In this document: one piece after another, positions 56,907 through 64,000 of the stretch
Layout: each line of letters starts with the position of its first letter
Numbering within the stretch: position 1 is the stretch's first letter
Source of the DNA: Candidatus Latescibacterota bacterium
Lineage (GTDB): Bacteria; Latescibacterota; UBA2968; GCA-2709665
Assembly (NCBI GenBank): GCA_965208835.1
Contig: OZ242358.1
Span: 1,120,001-1,184,000, forward strand
DNA: 64,000 nucleotides
Direction: 5' to 3'
The notes under the pieces: generated by a model
The model's input: only the letters and a program-made list of their open reading frames with translations
Told to the model about the DNA's origin: nothing
The model's database searches: none
Program-made: the position numbers and the translations under genes

Positions 56907-57743
56907 TCACACCGCCATTTTGGCCCTGACAGCGGCATGGCAGCGGTAGTTGATCAGCCGGAAGTCGTCGTAGACGAAGTCGTCGATGGTCTTCTGGCCA
57001 CGGTCCTCAATGTGAAGTCGTGGTAGCGGAAACGGGTCGCGGGACAGTTGCTCCATGACCGCGTCCAGGTGATTCATATAGATGTGCGCATCGGCCAGCG
57101 TGTGGATGAATTCGCCGGGTTCGAGGCCGGTGACTCCGGCGACCATGTGCAGCAGGAGTGAGTAGGAGGCGATGTTAAGCGGGACCCCGAGAAACATGTC
57201 GCAGGACCGCTGGTACATCAGGAGGGACAGTCTGCCTTCCGCAACGTTGAACTGGAAGAAGGAATGGCAGGGAGGAAGGGCGACGTCCCCGGGCGCGACT
57301 TCCGCGGCATTCCAGGCATTCACGATCATGCGCCTGGAGTCCGGGTTGCTGCGGATCAGATCAATCGCTTCCCGCAACTGGTCGACGTTCCTCTCTGCTC
57401 CACGCCAGTGCCGCCACTGCACACCGTAGATGCGGCCCATCGAGCCGCTGTTGTCGCGCTGACCGAGTCTCTTGAGGTAGTCCTCGTAGTTGCCGTCCCA
57501 GAGTCTGTTGTAGGGATAGATCTTCTTGAGGTCATTGATGTTGTCGGATCCCGAAATAAACCAGAGAAGCTCCGAGAGCATGGATTTCCACACGAGTTTT
57601 TTCGTCGTGACAGCGGGGAATCCGTCTCTCATATCGTACCGAGCCTGGAGGCCGAAACAGGAGATCGTTCCGACGCCGGTCCTGTCCTCTTTTCTGACGC
57701 CGTGATCCAGAATATATCGTAGTTGATCGAGGTATTGTTTCAT
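56907..57743 (-). CDS. thyA: Thymidylate synthase
   Basis: DRTGVGT, ELLWF, YGVQWR, ALPPCH, YQRSCDMFLGVPLNIASY, DAHIY. Confidence 0.98.
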   Translation of the reverse strand: MKQYLDQLRYILDHGVRKEDRTGVGTISCFGLQARYDMRDGFPAVTTKKLVWKSMLSELLWFISGSDNINDLKKIYPYNRLWDGNYEDYLKRLGQRDNSGSMGRIYGVQWRHWRGAERNVDQLREAIDLIRSNPDSRRMIVNAWNAAEVAPGDVALPPCHSFFQFNVAEGRLSLLMYQRSCDMFLGVPLNIASYSLLLHMVAGVTGLEPGEFIHTLADAHIYMNHLDAVMEQLSRDPFPLPRLHIEDRGQKTIDDFVYDDFRLINYRCHAAVRAKMAV

Positions 57744-57784
57744 TATATTTCAGTCTGAATAGCCTTCGGCTGGCTGAAGTCGCC

Positions 57785-57919
57785 AAAAAGCGGTGAGACG
57801 GGAGCCGGAAGAGGGGAGAGATTGCCTGCCCTGTGAGGTTTCAGTTCAGACCGCAGGCATAGAGAAAGAGCAGATCGGGCAAGGATTTCCTCTACCGTCT
57901 ACCGTCTTACGTCTTCCGC
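57785..57919 (-). repeat. MITE-like repeat family C, copy 2
   Basis: Matches 22402-22536 in the opposite orientation; overlaps the folA stop. Confidence 0.8.
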
Positions 57920-58374
57920 CTTTCATAGACGCACAGGGTGAATTCGGCGCGTTCTTCTTCCTTTACCAGTCGCCATTCGCTCTCGTCGAATTCAGGGAAG
58001 CAGGTGTCGCCGTCGTAGTCGCCCCTGATCCGCGAGAGATACATTCGATCCGTGTGGGGAATGGACTGCCGGTATATCTCGGCGCCGCCCGCGCTGAACA
58101 CGGGTTTCCCGTAGGACCTTGCTTTTTTGAGCGCCGCTTCGAAAGTGCGGCAGACGTCGACGCCGGGAGTCTCCGGAAATGTACGGCTGACGATGACGTG
58201 GGGGCGGTTCGGCAGGGGCCTGCAGCCGATGGATTCAAAGGTCTTGCGGCCCATGATGAGTACGCCGCCGGTGGTGATTTTTTTGAAATGCCCGAGATCC
58301 TCGGAGACGTGCCATGGCATGGAATTGCCTTTACCGATCACCCCGTTGTCGGCTATGGCGGCGATGAGAGTCAT
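57907..58374 (-). CDS. folA: Dihydrofolate reductase
   Basis: NGVIG...MPW...DLGHFK, MGRKTFESIG, PLPNR, GGAEIY, GDTCFP. Confidence 0.97.
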   Translation of the reverse strand: MTLIAAIADNGVIGKGNSMPWHVSEDLGHFKKITTGGVLIMGRKTFESIGCRPLPNRPHVIVSRTFPETPGVDVCRTFEAALKKARSYGKPVFSAGGAEIYRQSIPHTDRMYLSRIRGDYDGDTCFPEFDESEWRLVKEEERAEFTLCVYERRKT

Positions 58375-59714
58375 GGGGGCCCCGGCGCGGCGATATCCAG
58401 CAGTCGCGGGGCAGCCTTCGACCGTCCGATGAGGTCGTGATCGAGCGCGTCGGTTATTTCAACGTCAGTGAATTCGCCGACCCGCGCTTCTCCTGAAACG
58501 AAGACCTCGCCATCGATCTCGGGAGCGTCCATTCGCGTTCGGCCGATATAGTCGCAGGAAGAATCGTCCGAGGGACGATCAATCAGCACGCGAAGGCTCC
58601 GGCCTACGTATCCGGCGGTGATATCGGAGGATATGACAGCCTGGAGGCTGAGGATTCGGTCAAGCCGATCCCGTTTTTCGTCTTCCGGCACGTCGTCCTC
58701 GAGGAGACCCGCACGAGTGCCTTCCTCGTGCGAGTAGAGGAAGCCGACCAGCCGGTTGAAGCGGATTTCCTCGATGAAATCAAGAAGCTCCTGTACGTGT
58801 TCCTCTCTCTCGCCGGGAAACCCGGCGATCACGGAGGAACGCAGGGCCAGGCCGGGCACCCTTTCCCGTAGTCTTCGGATCAGCGCCCGCGTGTTTTCCA
58901 CCGTGGCGCCGCGATTCATCGCCTTGAGCATGGTATTGGAAGCATGCTGGATGGGCATATCCACGTACGCGCACAGCTTTTCCTCCCGCGCCAGGAGGTC
59001 GATCAGATCGTCGCGCCAGCCGGTGGGGTACGTGTAGAGCAGGCGGATCCATTCGAGCCCATCGATCCGCACGAGTTCGCGCAGGAGGTCGACCAGCCGC
59101 GGACGGCCGTAGAGGTCTGCGCCGTAACGCATGGTATCCTGGGCGATAAGCGCGATCTCTTTCACGCCGGCGGCGGCCATGCGCCATGCTTCTGCGACCA
59201 GGACCTCGATGGTCTCGCTGCGGTTGGCGCCCCGGATTCCGGGAATGGCGCAGAATGCGCACGTCCGGTCGCAGCCGTCGGAGATGCGCAGGTAGGCCCA
59301 GTGATTGGGGGTGAGCAGGTGACGTGCGCCCTCGTCGCGGTAGACACGAGGTCTGGAGATGCCGAGCAGCCGGTCGCAGTGGGAGACGATCTCGCTTTCG
59401 CCGGCTAGACCGACGACCAGGTCCGCCTCGGGGATTTCCGCTTCGAGTTCGTCCCGATAGCGTTCGGCCAGGCATCCGGTGAGAATCAGGCCCTTGCAGT
59501 TCCCGGATTCCTTGTAGTCAGCGGCCTCGAGGGCAGTGGAGATCGACTCCTCCTTGGCCGGTTCGATGAATCCGCACGTGTTTACAACGATGATGTCCGC
59601 GTTATCGGGATCTTCGGCCACCACGTAATCGTTGCATTCCAGCAGCCGGTGCATACGTTCCGAGTCGACGGTATTCTTCGGACATCCGAGCGTTATAAGG
59701 TTTACTGAGGGCAT
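58371..59714 (-). CDS. rimO: Ribosomal protein S12 methylthiotransferase RimO
   Basis: LGCPKNTVDSE, NTCGFI...KEESI, CDRTCAFC, DAPEIDG (TRAM). Confidence 0.97.
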   Translation of the reverse strand: MPSVNLITLGCPKNTVDSERMHRLLECNDYVVAEDPDNADIIVVNTCGFIEPAKEESISTALEAADYKESGNCKGLILTGCLAERYRDELEAEIPEADLVVGLAGESEIVSHCDRLLGISRPRVYRDEGARHLLTPNHWAYLRISDGCDRTCAFCAIPGIRGANRSETIEVLVAEAWRMAAAGVKEIALIAQDTMRYGADLYGRPRLVDLLRELVRIDGLEWIRLLYTYPTGWRDDLIDLLAREEKLCAYVDMPIQHASNTMLKAMNRGATVENTRALIRRLRERVPGLALRSSVIAGFPGEREEHVQELLDFIEEIRFNRLVGFLYSHEEGTRAGLLEDDVPEDEKRDRLDRILSLQAVISSDITAGYVGRSLRVLIDRPSDDSSCDYIGRTRMDAPEIDGEVFVSGEARVGEFTDVEITDALDHDLIGRSKAAPRLLDIAAPGPP

Positions 59715-59850
59715 TGGGAATTCCCCGGCACGACAGGTGGCGGGCGGACGCCATCGCTTCTGAGCGAAATGGCCGAAGGACCTGAAGAAAAAATGGTCGA
59801 TGCGCTTAATTTTGTCAAGCGGAAGATGGGTGGAGAACCCGAAGGCGCGT

Positions 59851-61077
59851 ATGAGAAATTTGATCATTCAATGGATTCCCTGCGGCTGGTTCGTACTGCT
59901 GGCAGGAGTCCTGCCTCTGGCTGCGCAGTCGTCGGAAGTGGACATTGAGCTGGTCCGTATTGACAGCGGCGAGGCGTCGGTCAGCCCCTATTGGGGTTAC
60001 AACGCGCCAAAGCTGGTGTTTGACGGCGACCACTATTACACGCTCGGCAGATGGGGGCCGCGCCAGGATACCGCCACGGGGATCGTCTATCGCAGCGGCG
60101 AAGCCGGTTGGGAAATCTTCTTCGAGTGGGGTGGGCTACACCATCAGCCGGGGATGGTCTTGCTGGACTCAAGACGGCGCCTCGTACTCATCCACGCGCG
60201 TCGCGACTCCGGACCCCGGATTCTGCATCAGCGCAAACGCGGAAGCCCGCACGGATTTGAGGAACTGACTTTGCCGAAAGGGCTGGATCGCGCGGGCTAT
60301 ATCGGGGCGGGCATGGATGGCGATCGGCTTGTCCTCGGATATATCGGCAGGCCGGGGTCCTATTCGTTTCAGGTCGCGTGGGTCGACCTGGAGTCCGGTT
60401 TCTGGGCAGGGCCGTTCGTCCTGGCGCGGGAGCAGCGTTCGAAGGAACCGTGGACGACGTGGCTGTACCCGCTGATCGTCCCGGACGGCGAGGGTTTCCA
60501 TCTCGTCGTAAGCAACAACGCATATCGCAGTCCTTATTACAACCGAATCAACTATCTGTATGTGCCATATGGAGACCCGGCGTCAGCCATCGCAGAGGTG
60601 GTCGCAGACGTCGATCCATTCAAGCAAAACCTGGCCTTCGCCCAGGCGATCCGGCGGGCGGCCGACGGCGCATTGTTAGTCTCGGCCACGCGCCGATCCG
60701 GCAAGGGGAGGAACCGGCTGATCGTCTTTCGGCGGGATCCCGATGTGCGCCGGTGGAAGACGGTATTCACTGGAAGCGCGGGAGTCGCAGCGATCTTCGA
60801 AAGTCCACACGAGCAAGGGCGTATGTGGATGTCCAGCACCGCGGGAAACGCCCTCCGCTTGTACCGCGGCGAAGATGATGGCCGAAGATGGCGCGCGGTC
60901 GTCCTGGAAGGCTTCGAGGATTTCGGACTGAGGAACACTTTCTTCCTCTATGGAATCTCACCTGCCAGCGGAAGCCTGATACCCGATGAGCCATGCGCGG
61001 TGTTCAGCAGCGGAACGCTTCCGGAAGTTGACCTCTGGTTCGTTCGAATCCGTACCTCTGAACGGCATCTGAGGTGA
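59851..61077 (+). CDS. Secreted hypothetical protein, probable beta-propeller
   Basis: Signal peptide (WFVLLAGVLPLAA), beta-rich, BNR-like EDDGRRW. Confidence 0.65.
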   Translation: MRNLIIQWIPCGWFVLLAGVLPLAAQSSEVDIELVRIDSGEASVSPYWGYNAPKLVFDGDHYYTLGRWGPRQDTATGIVYRSGEAGWEIFFEWGGLHHQPGMVLLDSRRRLVLIHARRDSGPRILHQRKRGSPHGFEELTLPKGLDRAGYIGAGMDGDRLVLGYIGRPGSYSFQVAWVDLESGFWAGPFVLAREQRSKEPWTTWLYPLIVPDGEGFHLVVSNNAYRSPYYNRINYLYVPYGDPASAIAEVVADVDPFKQNLAFAQAIRRAADGALLVSATRRSGKGRNRLIVFRRDPDVRRWKTVFTGSAGVAAIFESPHEQGRMWMSSTAGNALRLYRGEDDGRRWRAVVLEGFEDFGLRNTFFLYGISPASGSLIPDEPCAVFSSGTLPEVDLWFVRIRTSERHLR

Positions 61078-61208
61078 CCGGCTGCGAGGTATTCCGGGTG
61101 CGAGGGAACGCGACGCAACCCGCGAAATGTCCGCCCGCATCCGTGGAAATGCGGGGCTCCTGGCAGGGATTCCGGGAATTTGAAAGGGGTCAGGAACAGG
61201 GTTCTTTC

Positions 61209-61236
61209 TTGACAAGCGGCGTCTGACTGGTATATT
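61209..61236 (+). promoter_or_regulatory. sigma70 promoter upstream of rpmB
   Basis: TTGACA-N16-TATATT with TGn extension. Confidence 0.7.
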
Positions 61237-61369
61237 TGTTCTGGCTATGAAGCGCCTCTCCGCGGCGTCTTGCCTTTTTTAGGACGGCAGGCGGGAACGT
61301 GGGCGCGGATTGACATCAGCTTCACCATGACAGAGCAAGTTCAATTGGGATATACCGGAGGCACTGGTA

Positions 61370-61561
61370 ATGGCTGCAAGATGCGACATTTGCGGGAAGG
61401 GGCCGATGGTCGGCAACCACGTCAGTCACGCCAACAATAAAAAGAGACGGCGGTTCAATCCAAATCTCAGACGTGTGCGTGCGACGGTTAACGGCACAAC
61501 CAGAAGGATCAAGGTCTGCACGAAGTGCATTAAGCTCGGCCTTGTGATGAAAGCCGCATGA
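61370..61561 (+). CDS. rpmB: 50S ribosomal protein L28 (zinc-ribbon form)
   Basis: [27 protein letters not shown]...VCTKC. Confidence 0.98.
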   Translation: MAARCDICGKGPMVGNHVSHANNKKRRRFNPNLRRVRATVNGTTRRIKVCTKCIKLGLVMKAA

Positions 61562-61643
61562 CGCAGCACTGAGGTCGTCAGATCCTCTCTCACGGATCCC
61601 CCGGGCAAAGGGTCGGAGAATCCCGGGAGCGGATTCCAAGCCG

Positions 61644-61685
61644 AAAAAACTCACCTTTTGTTTCCAGGTGGGTTTTTTTATTTTT
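61644..61685 (+). terminator. Intrinsic terminator after rpmB
   Basis: aaaaaactcacct-loop-aggtgggttttttattttt. Confidence 0.7.
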
Positions 61686-61769
61686 ATCGACGGCGCGGGC
61701 TCCTGGCGCCAACCCTGCGTGCGTTGTACGGCAATCGGACCGGATATTACCGACGGGAAAGCGCTCTGT

Positions 61770-63902
61770 ATGGATTACTTTCGCGGCAAACGCTATCTGA
61801 ATACGCTGCAGGACTGGGAAAGGGACGGGACGGCGGCGGGTACGCCGGAAGACTATCTGCCCCGGATGCGGGCTTTGTTGCACCGGACGGGAAATCCACA
61901 GAAAGACTTTCCGTCGGTCATCGTGGGCGGTACCAACGGCAAGGGGACGGTCGCGAGCGTCCTGGCCGCCCTGCTTCAGACATGCGGCCGCCGGACCGGT
62001 ATCTACTCCTCCCCCCACCTGCATACCATCCGCGAACGCATCCGGATCGACGGCCGGATCCTCGATAAGGATGACTGGGCGCAAAGGATTTCCGACCTCT
62101 ACGACCGAACGCGCGGATTTGAAGCGGAGGGGTACGGTTGCTTCACAAAGTTCGAGGCGTTGACGGCGCTGGCGACGTCTATGTTCGCAGATGCCGGCGT
62201 CGACATCGGCGTATTCGAGGTGGGCCTTGGCGGCCGTTACGACGCGACCAATGCCTGGGATGCCGGCGTGGCCGTCCTGACGCAAATCGATCTCGACCAT
62301 ACCGAAATTCTGGGCGATACGGTGGAGGCGATCGCGCTGGACAAGCTCGAAATCGCCCGTGCCGGCAGGCCGCTCTTCACCCCGGCCACACAGAAACCCG
62401 AAGTGCTCGCGCTATTGCGTCGCGAGTGTCGTGAGCGGGGCGTTGATCTTCGCGTTGTCGGCGGCGAAACGGACGGGGATTGGCGTTGGGAAGCGCGGGA
62501 ACTCCCGCTTCCGGCGATGCCGGACCGGGGGTCGGTATTCCGGAAGAACGCCCGGCTGGCGATCGCGGTCGGGCGCCACCTTATGGGGAAGGACCTTACA
62601 GATGCCCGGATCGTGGATGCCCTGACCGGACTCGAACTGCCGGGAAGGTTCGAGGCGGCGCGAGGAACGCCCCCGATCGTGCTGGACGGCGCACACAACC
62701 CTTCCGGCGCGGCGGCCCTCGCGGGCGATTTGGGCAGGATGTCGAAGAGGTGGACGTTTGTGGTGGGGGTAAACTCGGGTCACGACGCCGGGGGGATACT
62801 CGAGGCGATCCAGCCGCTGGCGGAGAAGCTGGTTTTGACGAGGTCTGATCACCCCAAAGCCCTGGCCGTCGACAAGCTCCGCCAATGCCTGCCCGCGGGG
62901 CTTTCCGCCTGTTGCGCGCCGGACGTCGTGGAAGCGCTGGGGCGTGCGGGGTTGCGGGAGGGAAATCCCGTCTGTATCATGGGATCCCTGCATCTCGTCG
63001 GCAGGGCGCGCGAAGCGCTGGGGCTGCCATGTGAGCGGGACGGATTCGGGGAAGACCTGCACCGCGAGAGTCTGGCGTGCCTCGCGAAAGCCTGCGCAAA
63101 CCTGGACCTTCCGATTGAACCGGCATCGGATGACGGAAATCTGTTCCGTATCCGGCCGCCAGGACGCGGGCCGGTCTACTTTCTGCGCAACAGGCATCCG
63201 TTCAACGACTACGTGGCGGCCCGCCTTGCGGAAGACAAGGCATATCAGTACGAGCTGTTTACGGTGGCCGGGCTTCCGGTTCCGGAAACGATGGTGGCAT
63301 TCAATCCATTTGCGGATGAGCGGTTTTCGCGCTACCGGACCCATGCGTCCGTCGACGCGGTCATCGAGGAGGTTGAACTCCGGTTCACCTATCCCGTAGT
63401 CGTAAAGCGGAACAAGGGGTCGCTTGCCCAGGGTGTTTTCCTGGAGGGAGACCGGTTTGCGCTGGAGAAACGCCTGCGAACGCTATTCGAACACAGCGGT
63501 TTTCTCGACAATTTGATCCTGGTTCAGGAGCACATCAGCGGGCCGGAGTATCGGATCGTTGCCGCCCGGGATGAATTGCTGCTGGCATACGAGAAAGTCA
63601 ATGCATCGCCGTGCGGCGACCTGAACCCGCTGCACGGGTCAACCGGATTCGCAAAGCGGGTGGATGCACCTGAAACGCTGGAAGGGCTGTCTCGGGTCAC
63701 GGCGGGCGTATCGGGTGTGATCGAACTGGGGTTCTTTGCAATCGATGTGATTCGGTCCCCGGCAGGGTTCCAGGTGATCGAAATCAACCCGAACCCGATG
63801 TGTTACTTCTATAATCTGCATAACGGGCGATCGGATTTCGTCGGCATCTACGAAAAGCTGATTCGAGAGCATCTGCAGATCTCGAAACCGACGCCGGCGT
63901 AG
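61770..63902 (+). CDS. folC: FolC (folylpolyglutamate/dihydrofolate synthase) fused to a C-terminal ATP-grasp domain
   Basis: GTNGKGT, YSSPHL...ERI, FEALT, EVGLGGRYDATN, DLDH, PGRFE, DGAHN; then EDKAYQY, YPVVVK...GSLAQGV, VQEHI, AIDVI, IEINPNP. Confidence 0.88.
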   Translation: MDYFRGKRYLNTLQDWERDGTAAGTPEDYLPRMRALLHRTGNPQKDFPSVIVGGTNGKGTVASVLAALLQTCGRRTGIYSSPHLHTIRERIRIDGRILDKDDWAQRISDLYDRTRGFEAEGYGCFTKFEALTALATSMFADAGVDIGVFEVGLGGRYDATNAWDAGVAVLTQIDLDHTEILGDTVEAIALDKLEIARAGRPLFTPATQKPEVLALLRRECRERGVDLRVVGGETDGDWRWEARELPLPAMPDRGSVFRKNARLAIAVGRHLMGKDLTDARIVDALTGLELPGRFEAARGTPPIVLDGAHNPSGAAALAGDLGRMSKRWTFVVGVNSGHDAGGILEAIQPLAEKLVLTRSDHPKALAVDKLRQCLPAGLSACCAPDVVEALGRAGLREGNPVCIMGSLHLVGRAREALGLPCERDGFGEDLHRESLACLAKACANLDLPIEPASDDGNLFRIRPPGRGPVYFLRNRHPFNDYVAARLAEDKAYQYELFTVAGLPVPETMVAFNPFADERFSRYRTHASVDAVIEEVELRFTYPVVVKRNKGSLAQGVFLEGDRFALEKRLRTLFEHSGFLDNLILVQEHISGPEYRIVAARDELLLAYEKVNASPCGDLNPLHGSTGFAKRVDAPETLEGLSRVTAGVSGVIELGFFAIDVIRSPAGFQVIEINPNPMCYFYNLHNGRSDFVGIYEKLIREHLQISKPTPA

Positions 63903-63984
63903 CCGTCCGTTGACCAGGCCGCTCCGCGGTATTTCGACCGCAAGGGCCGGCTGCGGCCCGGATGGCATTTTCAACGGGCTGGCA
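63900..63984 (-). mobile_element. MITE family B, internally deleted copy 2
   Basis: Reverse complement gccagcccgttgaaaatgccatccgggccgcagccggcccttgcggtcgaaatac matches 49640-49697; sits on the folC TAG stop. Confidence 0.78.
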
Positions 63985-64000
63985 GGACGCGAACCGGAGC

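Noticed and set aside
13709-63974. Many long antisense or alternate-frame ORFs (e.g. 23472-24659, 24911-26161, 29199-30584, 38325-39539, 49891-51180, 54675-56012)
   Set aside because: They overlap well-supported genes, lack motifs and are expected shadows in GC-rich DNA.
1-64000. CRISPR array, cas genes, tRNA, rRNA, phage or integrase genes
   Set aside because: No regularly spaced repeat-spacer array, cloverleaf or matching protein motifs were seen by eye; a covariance-model scan was not possible.

Overview
GC-rich bacterial chromosome segment. The Oar-type TonB receptor, tandem PhyH genes and abundant TA modules suggest a Latescibacterota/Gemmatimonadota/Acidobacteriota-like diderm, which is inference only. 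1-13.6 kb is a decaying defence island: an IS21 (istA tail, istB) truncates a REase-NACHT (NLR-like) gene, an IS3 splits hsdS of a type I R-M system (hsdR-hsdM-hsdS), and an old tandem duplication left two intact higBA modules, an orphan ABC/AAA ATPase plus a remnant of it, and an orphan MNT. 13.6-27.5 kb holds a TonB-dependent receptor, a ferredoxin-HTH fusion, a radical SAM enzyme, mazE with a decayed mazF, phd-vapC, two PhyH dioxygenases, a sigma54-type pspA unit, and NUDIX-coxD-coxE-xdhC. 27.6-44.7 kb is a complete phosphate regulon: porin-pstSCAB-phoU behind a 4x11-bp Pho-box-like array, a divergent CHAD-ParA-ppk1 cluster, and phoB-(serine hydrolase)-phoR. 44.8-64 kb holds RNase II, RidA, an esterase, a metallophosphoesterase-HAD fusion, a degenerate GT51, a degenerate CbiX fusion, a heparinase II/III-like protein, thyA, folA, rimO, rpmB and a FolC-ATP-grasp fusion. 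Three families of MITE-like repeats sit on stop codons. No CRISPR array, tRNA or rRNA was seen. The best candidates for something new are CHAD-ParA-PPK1 (possible polyphosphate-granule positioning) and the FolC-ATP-grasp fusion.
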